Of a DNA stretch of 64,000 bases, positions 1 to 13,213 are shown in pieces. Below the pieces are notes generated by a model. That model searched no databases. It saw nothing but the letters and a program-made list of their open reading frames with translations, and was not told where the DNA came from. Source of the stretch: Octopus vulgaris. Lineage: Eukaryota. The position numbers and the translations under genes were made by a program. Position 1 is the first letter of the stretch. Every line of letters starts with the position of its first letter. The stretch is from NCBI GenBank assembly GCA_951406725.2, contig OX597829.1, positions 34,286,001 through 34,350,000 of the forward strand, read 5' to 3'.

Positions 1-449
1 AAGGCACCTTTTTGAGAACTGTTGTGTTAAAAAAAAACAGAGGAAAGTGAAGCTCTAAGAGACTGTTGATTGTGAACTTTGTGTTAAAAGTAAAATGATT
101 TGTCTTGAAAAAAAAAATCAAACTGTATTGTGTCAAATGTTAAATGATTTGTTTTTCGAACGCTGTATTATGTTTAAATGCAAATGATTTGTTCTTTGAA
201 CTCTGTACATGATCTGTTAACCTTTGTTGTGAATGCTTTGGTTTTGTTTTGAAAAAAAATTGTTTGAATTATGCAACCCTCCTCTTTTGTTGTTGTTGTG
301 TTGGTTCCTGGCTCCGTTCGCCGCCTTCCCCCCTTCCCATGGTGGATTTCCGGTTAACTGAGTGCTGTCGCTGACACAAGCGGGTGTTCCCGGCATCAGG
401 GCCATGTGGTGGCATCGGAAGACCTAGGGCTTGTGCGTGCGGCGTAACA
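1..449. mobile_element. Probable LTR end, truncated by the window edge
   Basis: Internally repetitive T-rich 'aaatgatttgt' blocks, then a GC-rich segment ending abruptly in ...GTAACA against a microsatellite, like an LTR terminus. Confidence 0.4.
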
Positions 450-592
450 ATATGTATGTATATATATGTGTATGTATATATGTATGTATGTATATATATA
501 TGTATGTATATATATATATGTATGTATATATGTGTGAATGTATATATGTATGTATATATGTGTGAATGTATATATATATATATATATATATA

Positions 593-1030
593 TCTTATTA
601 TAAAAGGCAGATTTTATCTGCCTCCCTTTCGGAGTTATACAAATCTACAATATAGGATTTCTTCAATTACAATTTACCTAGCATTTTTAAGAGTAGAATG
701 CATCGGGTCATGCCAGGTCCAGTTTTTAAAATTTAAACTCCAATTAAGCAAAATTTACAGAAAACTCACATTCTGGTGTGTGTGTCAAATGCTCTTCTTA
801 GTCTGGTTTACACCACACGCAAACGCACACACACAGTGGGCAACGAATAAAGTGAAACTAGATGTAATATTTGTTTCTGTCTATTACGCTGATAGATACA
901 TGAGTAAAATGTATGGGAAGCTAAGACATAAGTGTGAGTGAAAATGTTCTTGGAAGAGAGTAAATTAGCGACAGAGTGATTTGAGGAAGACTTTACATTA
1001 AATAACCGTAGTGGCTTGTGTTAGTAATAA
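593..1030 (+). mobile_element. Non-autonomous Helitron-like 5' fragment
   Basis: a|TCTTATTATAAAA start, hairpin GGCAGAT-ttt-ATCTGCC, and a 'tatacaaatcYacaat' motif shared with the Helitrons at 3135-3608 and 57781-58145. No 3' CTAG end found; right boundary approximate. Confidence 0.4.
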
Positions 1031-1185
1031 AGTAAACATACACTCATACATACATACATACATACATGCATACATACATACATACATACATACACACACA
1101 TACACACACACATACATACATACACACACACACACATACATACATATATACATACATACATATACATACATACATATACATACAT

Positions 1186-1222
<37 letters not shown>

Positions 1223-1475
1223 GTATTGAAGCTTGAGAACAATCAGATACATTTGCAACACATCTGTTGAAAATATTATTGTTCACACATATACATATAT
1301 ACATACAGACAGACAGACAGATAGACACACACACACACACACACACACATGATCCAGCATGGCCACAACCTCAAGGCTGAAACATATAAAAGAATAACAG
1401 AATATAAATGTGTGCATGTGTGTGTGAGAGAGAGTGTGTGTGTATATGTATGTATGTATGTATGTATATATATAT

Positions 1476-2057
1476 AATAATGCGGTTTTTTCAACAGCTT
1501 GAACTAAAAGTCAGAGGGGAATGGGATAAACTACTTATATTAACTTGCTATAAAAGCAGGTAGTAATTTTATCTTGTCCTTATTCATAGTGCAAGTTTTG
1601 AAGAGTGCATTTCGATTTTAACAGCTATTTTTTTCAAAGCTATGTTGGAAGTAACAAAGGAGCATATTTTGCTTTATGAGTTCAATAAAGACAACAACGC
1701 AACGGAAAGTACAAGAAATATTAATGCAGTATATGGGGATTGGACAATAAGCGTAAGGCAGTGTCAATGGTGGTTCCAGAAATTCCGAGCCATAAACTAC
1801 AGCCTAGAAGACGAGCCTCATCCTGAAAGATCTGTAGAACTCGACAAGGACATCCTGAAAACCCTGGTGGAACAAAATCTCATCGTAACTGTTGAGGAAC
1901 TAGCAGAGAAGCTTGGATTTGGTCATTCAACCATTCATTGAGACCTGTGTGCTATCGGAAAAGTCAGCAAATTGGGTCAATGGGTTCCTCACGAACTTTC
2001 CGAGTCTAATTGCATGCAGAGAGTGAATGTATGCTTTTCTTTGCTGTCACATCTCAC
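1476..2057 (+). mobile_element. Mariner transposase 5' fragment (decayed)
   Basis: ORF 1642-1941 gives an HTH pair (LLYEF..NATE..RNINAVYG..ISVRQCQWWFQKFR..LEDEP). After one stop it continues to 'GKVSKLGQWVPHEL'. TIR-like 'taatgcggtttttt' upstream. Confidence 0.88.
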
Positions 2058-2076
2058 CACTACTGCGCTATGTATA

Positions 2077-2716
2077 TCTATATATATAAAACTGTAGTTG
2101 TGTGAGTGTCTGTCCCCTTCGATTTAGATTCCTAACTACTCCCACATTTTGCGGTGCAGTTTAACCAAATTCGGGTAGCTTATAGTCGTGATTCATATCG
2201 AGCCCGTCTGAGTATTAGCGCGCGTCTACGATTAGTCTACGATTTTAAAAATAATTTAACATCATTTTTTTATTCCATTTTAATGCATAATTTTTCGTGT
2301 GTCGATGGCGGCGGAGTTGGCGTCCACGCTCACACCTGCACCTGTGGGGAAGAGAGTGTAAGGAAATCAACGTCGTAATGCGTTGTCAAGGAGACCAGCG
2401 TTCTTTTAGAACAACGACTTCATGGCTTGAAGACACCAAAACAGAAATGGCTAAGAAAGCGTCTACATGAGTCTACGATTTAAAAAAAAAATTTACCATC
2501 GTTTTTTTTTTCCATTTTAATGCATTTTTCGCTATTATATAAGGGAAGTAACTCTCTAAAAATGTCTACGATGAGTCAACGATTTAAAAAAAAATTTACC
2601 ATCATATTTTTTCCATTTTTAATGCATTTTTTGATATTTTTTGGCTATAACTCTCTAAAAATGCTTATATAGTTATTTCCCTTACAAACCCGAGCAACGC
2701 TGGGCGATACTGCTAG
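2077..2716 (+). mobile_element. Non-autonomous Helitron
   Basis: A|TCTATATATATAAAA 5' end; 3' hairpin CCCGAGC-aac-GCTGGG then CTAG|T; three internal ~70-bp subrepeats (gtctacga...ttccattttaatgcat). Confidence 0.78.
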
Positions 2717-3134
2717 TATATATATATATGTAGGTATGTATATATATATATATATATATATATGTAGGTATGTATATATGTATGTATATATGTGTGAATG
2801 TATATATATATATATATATGTAGGTATGTATATATGTATGTATATATGTGTGAATGTATATATATATATGTAGGTATGTATATATGTATATATATGTAGG
2901 TATGCATATATGTATATATATGTGTATATATGTATATATATATATATGTATGTATGTATGTATACATATATGTATCTATATATATGTATATATATGCATG
3001 TCTCTATGTATGAATATATATGTATGTATATATATATATATATGTATGTATATATTGTGTTCATTAATATATTTTGCGCATGTGAATAGTATATATGCTT
3101 TGCTTATGTATGTTTATGTGTGTATATATGTATA

Positions 3135-3608
3135 CTAGCACTATGACCCTGCGGTGTCGGGTTTAGTGCTAGTCAAGCATATTTGGTCTTTCATGAAAAT
3201 CCTGCTCTCTTGTCATTCACTTGGTCTAACTCGTTAATTATTCCCTGCACTTCCCAAATCAAAAAAGCGTGCCCGTTTAAAAGCCAAAGAGGTGTGATAC
3301 ATAGCAAAGGGAGGGAAATGCAGAGTTTTAAAGAGTTATTTCCCTGCTATGGTTTAATATCTTTAGATCAAACTGCTGGAGTTACATCCCTTGTATTAAA
3401 GACTTTTGTTACCGGAAACATAAGCGGGCGGTTTATCGATTTTTTTTTTTAATGGCTTTCAGGGGTAACTGGGGAAATGAAAATATCTTCACAACCACTC
3501 TTGGACAGTTTTGAATGACCATAGAAAGTGCAAGCCCTCTAACTGAAAAATTGTGGATTTGTATAAATGATACACACATAGACATTTTGCCATTTATATA
3601 TATATAGA
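3135..3608 (-). mobile_element. Non-autonomous Helitron (same family as 57781-58145)
   Basis: Minus strand starts TCTATATATATATAAATGGCAAAATGTC and ends in a hairpin + CTAG. The first ~150 bp align with the copy at 57781. Confidence 0.8.
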
Positions 3609-4005
3609 TTTGGATATTTGTTTATTGTTTATTTTTTATATATTAAGTAAATCGTGTATGATGTTTAGTATATTAATATCAATATTTTTTATATATAAGT
3701 ATTATATTTTTTAAATGCCTACATCCTTAGTATGTTGACATCTATAGGTAATGAAAATTAAATTTAAACCATAGGCTGAAACAGCTGTAAGAAGTAATTT
3801 TTAGGATTTCATTAATTTATACTATGACTTAAAATCTGTATTTGTCTTATTAGTTTATCTGTTGATTTATATAATATTTTTGTATGCTTTTGATGTTCTC
3901 ATTTGTAAAATGAATAAATAATCCAACATTATAATATCCATAACTTGATGAACAAACCAAATTTGTTTCTCCATTTTCTTATTTGTATTATATATATATA
4001 TATAA

Positions 4006-4045
<40 letters not shown>

Positions 4046-4047
<2 letters not shown>

Positions 4048-4367
4048 AGATGTACTCGCATAGCAAGTAATTTGATCTGAGATCGTGTGCTGAAACGAAA
4101 ACAATTGCAGCGTGGAAGGTGTTTATAAGCCATTTAAGAAACACACAAAAGCCATTCGATTCACTTCAACATTTAAGTTTAATTTGTCAAAATCCGTGAC
4201 CTGTTCACTGACAAAAATCCGTGCAGCACGGATTTTTGTCAGTGAACAGGTCGCGGATTTTAGCGACGAAAATATTTTGACAAATTAAACTTAAATGTTG
4301 AAGTGAATCGAACGGCTATTGTGTGTTTCTTAAATGGCTTATAAACACCTTCCACGCTGCAATTGTT
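4046..4367. mobile_element. Palindromic Penelope-type terminal-repeat element carrying a hammerhead-like motif
   Basis: Inverted arms 4100-4224 / 4226-4367 centred on CCGTGC-a-GCACGG, plus a ~55-bp unpaired left tail. A single-arm copy lies at 35347-35495. Confidence 0.65.
4235..4284 (+). ncRNA. Minimal type-I hammerhead-like motif, G3-C8 core variant
   Basis: Stem I TTTGTCA/TGACAAA; core GTGAACA; extra G; stem II GTCGC/GCGAC; GAAA; palindromic stem III AATATT. Confidence 0.55.
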
Positions 4368-4387
4368 ATATATATATATATATATAT

Positions 4388-4656
4388 CGCCTGGCCCGCG
4401 TGCCGGTGGCACATAAAAAGCACCATCCATTCGTGGCCGTTTACCAGCTCTGTCTGGCACCTGTGCGGGTGGCACGTAAAAAGCACCCACTACACTCACG
4501 GAGTGGTTGGCGTTAGGAAGGGCATCCAGCCGTAGAAACACTGCCAGATTTGACTGGGCCTGATGAAGCCTTCTGGCTTCACAGACCCCAGTAGAACCGT
4601 CCAACCCATGCTAGCATGGAAAGCGGACGCTAAACGATGATGATGATGATGATGAT
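4388..4656 (+). mobile_element. RTE-related SINE or non-autonomous element with (GAT)n tail
   Basis: 'gagtggttggcgttaggaagggcatccagc...ccaacccatgctagcatggaaagcggacg-taaac(gat)n'. Other copies or fragments at about 14701-14824(-), 15986-16170(-), 17210-17270(-), 21287-21342(+), 23140-23570(+), 27321-27560(-), 40580-40714(-), 53120-53263(+). Confidence 0.8.
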
Positions 4657-4720
4657 ATATATATATATATATATATATATGCAGATGTATGTATGTATAT
4701 ATATATATGTATATACATAT

Positions 4721-7700
4721 CAGGGTTGCCAATTTAGTATATTTTATGTGAGATCTAGCGTTTTTTTAGCATTTTTCTCAGATCATGACAATTTCACAAT
4801 AGTTACTCTTTTCTCTTCTTTTTCCCCTTTTCTACTTTCGTTGATGTATCTTATAGCCAAATTTTAGTACTATCGGATGTTGTTGAATTTTTCTTTCACT
4901 TTCTTGAAACTTCAAATGAAAGTTTATCAAATTATGAACTTTTCCAGCCACTCCCACTGGCTTGGATACAGAGTGGTGCTGGTGGGGAAGAAGATAGCTC
5001 ATATCTGCACCTGAACTCACTACACAATAATGTAAATATGTTGCTAAGAATGAAAGCATGGAAATTCGTCCTAACAATGCTTTATTCTGTAGTGATGAGT
5101 TTTTATCATGACATGTTGACCGATTTACTTTCAGTTTGACTGTTTTAAAATAGACCGTTGTTTAAAATAGGCTGTTTTATAATAGGCCATTGTTTTTTCA
5201 TGCTTGTTATGGATTGTACATCTTGTATAGAAGTACAGGGGTGGCAGGGTCTACCCCTTTATATTTCTACTTCTTTTTTTCAAGTATTGTAGCTATATTT
5301 GTGGTTTTACCAATAGATATTCAATGTAAGATTAGAAGTGAAATATGATGCTCCCAGGTTTATATCAGGACACAGTTTTAGGATTTCTGCAGATTTTTAC
5401 TTTTCCATTTATAAGTTGGCTACCCTACATCCTGAATCAGTATTCTTCACTTCAAGAATTTGTAAGCAACAAATGTAAGAATTGTTAACGATGAATGAAA
5501 GAATTGTTTGTGGTAAACTGATAAGTTGTGTTTTCAACTTTATATTTTTATATTTTTATAAATCATTCAATTTATTTTCATGCTTTGCACTACATTATAA
5601 TGAACAAAGAAAAGACAAAGTTGTACCAGCAAAAATTCCGAAAGGAATGGCTTAAGATGCCAGCATTTACTAAGTGGTTGTGTGAAGTACCTAGTGACAA
5701 ATCTAATGCACATTGCAGATATAGAAGATGTAATATGTTGGCAAAATATTCTCTTTTAGTAAGCCACTGTGAAGCAAAGAAACATAAGGCATCAACTCCA
5801 CAGCAAATGATTCCGCTTACAAATTTTATTAAAACCAAAAATGATAAGACATCTATGCTTGAAGCAAATTTAGCAATGTTTATTTGTTGCCACTCATCAT
5901 TTAATAGCTGTGATCACTTAATAGAGTTATGTAAGAATAATATATCTGATGGTGATATTATGTCCAAAGTGAAGTTGCATCATACAAAATGTGCAAATAT
6001 TGTGAGAAATGTTCTAGCTCCATATTTTGATGGAGATTTGATTCCTGATATAGGAGATAGAAAATTTAGATGAATCCAATGACACATTGATAAATAAGAT
6101 GTTAGGAATTGTCATCATATATTACAGTGACACTCACAAAAAAGTGGTACATACATATCTCAGTATGGTATCTTTAGAATCATGTGATGCAGATGGCATT
6201 GTAGATCCTTAAAAATTGAATTCGTGAAAAAAATATAAAAAACTTACTGGCTATAGGAACCGAAAATGCTAGAGTAATGATAGGAGTCAACAATGGTGTT
6301 TTGCAGAAATTAAAAGAAGTTCCATCATTACTTCTATTTAGATGTGTATCTCATTCTTTACAGTTGGCAGTATCCCACACTTGTGCTGAATGCTTGCTCA
6401 TAAATTTAGAATTTTTAGTATCCGAAACCTATAAATGGTCCTCTCATTCTTAAGCAAGACAAAGTGCCTACAGACAACTTTAACTTATTATCAATTGATA
6501 AAGAGCCTTTGAAGATTGTGAATTCTTGTACAACTAGGTGGCTATCAATAGAACCAACTGTAAATAGAATTTTAAGCCAATGGTTTGAATTGCAAATTCA
6601 CTTCCAACTACAAAAGAAAATGCTTTATAGCACAAGCATTACATGAAATGTTTTGTGATTCTAGGAATGAACATTACCTTTTATTTTTGCATCCAATTTT
6701 AAAACATGTTCAGGAAGTACATAAACTGTTTGAATCAAACATTGTCAACAAAACAAAATTACTTGAAGATCTTGCAAATTTGATCAAATCTGTTGCTAAT
6801 ATGATAGTATTGCCAACAGGTAGAATTGATTCTCTTGATCTGGATGTTTCTATTGAAAAATTTCTGGATCCTAAACCAAATTAGGCTACAGGTTCGAGAG
6901 AAAGATAACAGAAATGATTATCAAGAAGACTGTAACAGCCACCAAATTAAATAATATTCACAAAAGAGCACAACAATTTTTACTCTGTCTTTATAAAGAG
7001 CTCAAGCACTGTTTGCCAGGAAATATTAATGTTTTTCAGTTGAGAATATTTTGCAGCATTTCAAAGAGCCAATTTTACCTGTCTTAGAAGCAATGCATTT
7101 AAATGAAAAAGAAATTGCTTCAATTGAAATTCAGTTTAATAGCATTCATTTAGTTAAATGGACATAAACGTCTAATACTGAAGCATTCTGGCTAGAAGTC
7201 TTGGAATATAAAGATGCTACTGGAGGAAATCCTTTTAGAGATGTTGCAAATTTTGCCATTAATCTATTGATATTGCCAAACTCAAATGCAGAAGTTGAAT
7301 GGTTGTTCTGTAGTATGGGTGTTGTCAAATCAAAATTGAAAAACAAAATGCATCTTAGTAAATAACTATTTGTAAATCTCACAATGAGAGATATTTAGCA
7401 ACAGTACTTTTGAGTAAAGATTGTTTGCCAACATAATATGGCAGTCCTGATTTAGGACTAATGTTGCTGTAATTTAGCCCCAGGAGACATCGTCTCCAGC
7501 TGGCTATATGACACAATCTGTGTCTCTTTTTTGAGCTAAGTGGGGGTGCTACATTCCCTTGTTCAAAAATATAAGGACACAGATTGTGTCCTATAGCCAG
7601 CTGGAGACAATGTCTCCTGGGGCTAAATTACAGCAACATTAGTCCTAAACCAGGACTGCCATGTTATGTTGGCAAACAATCTTTACTCCAAAATGCATCT

Positions 7701-8005
7701 TCGTATGCGTAGATCAATACTGTCTATAAAATTTGGCCTGAAAAGATATGGCAAATGATGCAAAAACTTTGATATTCCAAAACACATAATTAACAAGATT
7801 GGGACCTTGAATGTATACAGAAGTCAAGACCTTGGCACTGCAGCTGAAAGTTATCAAATCAGTGACATTCAAGAAATTATTTCTCAATGCTTAATATAAT
7901 TTAAAGAAAGTAAATAAAAACGTAAATAAAAATTAACCCTTTTGATATGATTAGTCTTTAGCATTTTTAGCATGTTTCTGGTATTTTTTCTACTGAAATT
8001 TAGCA
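4721..8005 (+). mobile_element. Decayed hAT DNA transposon (ZNF862-like transposase)
   Basis: CAGGGTTGCC terminus and TTTAGC subterminal repeats at both ends. Broken frames ~5599-7830 give N-terminal 'QKFRKEWL..W..AHC..C..H..HK', 'DES.D', 'RC.SHSLQLAVS', 'TRWLS' and the C-terminal dimerisation motif 'FW...NPF....LLILPNSNAEVE.LF'. Confidence 0.88.
7357..7688. mobile_element. Hairpin insertion with 13-bp TSD nested in the hAT transposase
   Basis: CAAAATGCATCTT at 7344-7356 and 7689-7701; ~115-bp inverted arms (~7412-7525 / ~7575-7688). Removing it restores 'KLKNKMHLRMRRSILSIKFGLKRYGK'. Confidence 0.85.
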
Positions 8006-8199
8006 CATAAATTTTAATTTTATGTATATACGTGTATGTGTATATATATATATATATGGTTTCGGGTTCAGTCCCACTGCGTGGCACTTTGGGTAGGTGT
8101 CTTCCACTATAGCCCCAAGCTGACCGGAGCTTTGGGATTGAATTCGGTAGGTGGAAGTTACTGCTGTGTGTGTATATGTGCGTGTAGGTGCTTGTGCCT

Positions 8200-9260
8200 C
8201 TCCCAAAGAGAGAGAGGGATATACACACCAACTTAAGGTGACCTGCTCTACTCACGGGTGAGGGTGTGGTTGTTACTTTCTGTTTCTTATTGCCACATTC
8301 TCCCTCTTTGTTTCTCTCTCCTTTCTCACTTTCCCACTCTCTTACTCTTCCTTTCTCTCGGACTCTCTCTCGCTTTCTCTTACTCTATATCTTTCTTTAT
8401 CTATCTCTCTCCCATTTATAAAAAACAAAAGATCTTGAGTAATTTGAGAAAGAAAATATTTTGAAAGATCAATCATAAATATCAGGCAGTGACAACAGAA
8501 AGCACACTCACCTTTTGTACGTGCCACTATTTGAGCGATTAAAGATAAGGAAAAAAGGATTTCTTTGTTAAATTTAGTACTTTGGGAATTTTTCAACAGT
8601 TGACCATGCAAAGGAAAGCTCTAAACACAGGCTACACGCAGCTGCAAATTTCTTTCAGAAAAAATGAAAACTGAAAACAATAAAAAAAAAAACGTAAAAA
8701 TGAGAAATTTTTTTTGACTTCAAAAATCTTGCCTTAATTTTCAAAATTTCGAACCCATTTTCCGCGCTTAAATTACAAATCCGCTTCCACTTTACTGTGT
8801 TGAAAGTTTGATTGAAATCGGGCAAAAGGTGTCCAATCTCGACCCCCCCCCCCACCAGTGTCCCCAAAAATCAATAAAATCCCTGTTTTCACAGCAAAGC
8901 AACCACTGTAGCACCCCAAAATGTCTCCCAATCAATTTCTCACCTCAAGTTACCTCCTCCTGTAAATTTTAATCCCCTTCAAACCCCGTTTTACATAAAA
9001 ATCCAATTTGTATCAATGTTTGCCTTCTTCATTTTATAGATTAGATTAGATACCAATCGTGCCAATCTGGAGGGGCTTAGAGCTCCCTTCAATCAATAAA
9101 AAATCACTCTTCTCACCATAGCAACCGCATCTTTCCAGATGGCGAGTTTTAACCTACTCAACTCTCTACCTCATCATGCCTTCTATGCTTGTGTCAATTT
9201 TCAGCTCGATCCGACCACAATTTGTGCACACAATTTTGACCCAAACCCTCTTATATATAT
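8200..9260 (-). mobile_element. Possible non-autonomous Helitron-like element
   Basis: Minus strand begins 'tatatataagagggtttgggtc...ggatcgagctgaaaattgacaca', resembling Helitron 5' regions. Ends poorly defined. Confidence 0.35.
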
Positions 9261-9311
9261 ATATATATATATATGTGGATATATGTATATTAATATTTGT
9301 GTGTGTGTGTG

Positions 9312-9342
<31 letters not shown>

Positions 9343-9453
9343 ACATATGTATATGTGTGTATAAGTGGATATATATGTGTATATGTATGTGGATATATAT
9401 GTGTATATGTATGTGTATATATATATGTATATATGTGTATATATAAGTATATA

Positions 9454-9489
<36 letters not shown>

Positions 9490-9886
9490 GGCATAGAAGG
9501 GGCTGTGGTTAGTAGCTTGCTTATGAACCACATGGTTCTGGGTTCTGTCTCACTGCGTGGCACCTTGGGCAAATGTTTTCTACTATAGCCTTGGACCAGC
9601 CAAAGCCTTGTGAGTGGATTTGGTAGACGGAAAATGAAAGTAGCCCGTCGTATATATGTATATATATATACGTGTGTGTATATGTTTGTGTGTCTATGTT
9701 TGTTCCCCCAACATCGCTTGACAACCGATGCTGGTGTGTTTACGTCCCTGTAACTTAGCGGTTCAGCAAAAGAGACCAATAGAATAAGTACTAGGCTTAC
9801 AAAGAATAAGTCTTGGGGTTGATTTGCTCGACTAAAGGTGATGCTCCAGCATGGCCACAGTCAAATGACTGAAACAAGTAAAAGAG
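9490..9886 (+). mobile_element. tRNA-derived SINE with CORE-like segment (octopus OR-type)
   Basis: A/B-box-like head (ggctgtggttagta...ggttctgtctcac), 'ccttgggcaa' CORE-like motif, internal microsatellite, tail 'aatgactgaaacaagtaaaagag'. Partial copies at about 8057-8160, 48570-48720, 51460-51540, 61850-61975(-). Confidence 0.82.
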
Positions 9887-9889
9887 TAT

Positions 9890-11170
<1,281 letters not shown>

Positions 11171-11220
11171 ATAAAACTCACTTGGGAAAGCATGTGTGGC
11201 GTTCGATCATATAATATAAA

Positions 11221-11547
11221 TCTGTATATATATGAAAGGCAGGGTGTGTGTGTACATGAATGTAGTGTTTGCACGCCCACAAATTAGCACGCACGTCGCT
11301 CCAATTTTAGGAAGACATTCATCACGTTCCTAGTTGCATTTTCGTCAAATTATTTCTCCCCCGAGGCACCAGCGAATAGCAGTAAAATTAAATTTTCGAC
11401 CTTAACTTAACAATTTTCACGTTGTTAAGAGAGGAAGAGATAGAGAGAGAGAACAGATTTTTAAAATTTCATATTTTTGCTGAGTGATTGACAAGCAAAA
11501 ACAGACACAGGTGTTGTTATGCATGTATGTATGTGTGTGTGTTGCCC

Positions 11548-11596
<49 letters not shown>

Positions 11597-12116
11597 ATAT
11601 AAACGATATTCTTCGTTTCTCCACAACTAATTGCCAAATTAGCTGAATCCATTGCTCTACTCATAGCGATATATAGCTGGTCATGCGTGAACATAGGAGA
11701 GAGCAGAGGTTACCAGAGCAAAAGACCTACGTGTTGACTGTAGACACGCTCCTTCACAAACGATCAGCTATTATTTTGTAAACAGTGTCAAAACTGTTCA
11801 TGTTTTTGAAAGGAGAGATCTGTATTTTGTTCAAACTTGATACCAGCATTACTTAGGAATCATAGGATCTTTGAATGCTTTAAGTTCTCCAAAAACGAAA
11901 AAAAAAAACAATCGATTAGTGGAAACAATCGATAAACTGATTCCTTATGGGATTTCCCAATCAAATTGTCTGCAAAATTTCAGCCAAAATTTTACCAATT
12001 TGAACAGATTTCACTCAAATTTGACGTTGATGTTACTTAGTTTGTTTTGAAATATAGAGCTTGTTTAGCTTAATAATCTTAACTTAATCATGAGGAAAGC
12101 TGGGCTATACTGCTAG
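11221..12116 (+). mobile_element. Helitron-like element containing an antisense PIF1-helicase fragment
   Basis: A|TCTGTATATATATGAAA start and '...ctgggctatactgCTAG|T' end like the 2077-2716 element. Minus-strand 11600-11706 encodes SPMFTHDQLYIAMSRA...TKNIVY (helicase motif VI region). Confidence 0.62.
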
Positions 12117-12189
12117 TAATATATTAATATATAAATATATACATACATATATGTACATACCTACATATATATGTATATATACATACATA

Positions 12190-12910
12190 TATGGGTACAG
12201 GACATCAAAAAAACGTTGAACACAATGAGAAACAAAAACACAAAAATAAAAACATAGAAATGAGCTATTTTTCGAACAACGAAAAGAACCCAGAGAAACG
12301 AGACATACAACATAAAGAATATTCTCCTTCTTCAGTTGTCCTTGTTTCATCTACTCCACATTTCGAAGGCAAGGACAAGACGCGACTTCATTGAAACAGT
12401 CCTTCTCGCAAAGCAAATTAAATAAAATGAGGAATTTTTTTGCGGAGGGTGAAATTGGTAAAAAGAACAGGACAGTGAGAACAAAACAGTAAAAACAAAC
12501 GGTGAGAGCTGTTAAGCTGAGACGATAGAAAAATATTTCTGAACACAAGGAAGATGAGCTTAAGAAGGAGACAGTATAAACATGTTGTGGGCAGAAAGAC
12601 AGATTATCTTTTGTCATGTGTCAGTGACGAAAGGGTCGAGGAGGAGGAGTGAGAGAGAGGGAATGGGGAAGAGGAGATGATAGGAAATGGTGAGAGAGAA
12701 AACCAGAAAGGATGAAGAACGAGAGAGGGAGAGAGATAGACAGAGAAGAGATAGTAAAGGTAGAAGAGTGTGCATCGTAATTATTAAGATAAAACTTACT
12801 TGGAAAAGGATGCCTGGCGTTCAATCGTATAATAATATAAATAATATATGCTGTTTTGTTCTCACTGTCCTGTTCTTGTTACCAATTTCACCCTCTGCAA
12901 AAAATTCCAG
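12190..12910. mobile_element. Penelope-type terminal-repeat remnant with a short inverted copy
   Basis: 12851-12908 is the reverse complement of ~12430-12490; purine-rich trailer in between. Confidence 0.45.
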
Positions 12911-13213
12911 CTGGAGGAGGGAGAGATCATATGTATATAAATATATGAATGAAGTGTTTGAAGAAAGTGCAATAATAACGTCCACACTCACTGATGGTCG
13001 CTCTCAGTAACTGCGTTTAGCTTACAGAGTCCTTGCTTTTATAACTATCGAAAAGCAGCCAGAAGGATAGACATTGTTGAGAACAATTGATTTTGTTGGC
13101 GGTCTGTTATCTCCATTCCAGCCCCTGGTGGCCTAGAAGAGGTTGGAAGGTTCAAGTGGCAAAGACATTATTCTGCTTAGCGAAGGCATCTGCTGTCATT
13201 CAAAGAAAAACTA

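Noticed and set aside
4721-5427. Separate MITE bounded by CAGGGTTGCCAA / TTGGCTACCCT
   Set aside because: No TSD visible; more simply an internal subterminal repeat of the hAT element, though not excluded.
12320-12400. Permuted hammerhead on the minus strand (GAAA ... CTGAAGA)
   Set aside because: Stems I and III do not form; the dominant pairing (TTGTCCTTG/CAAGGACAA) is incompatible with the fold.
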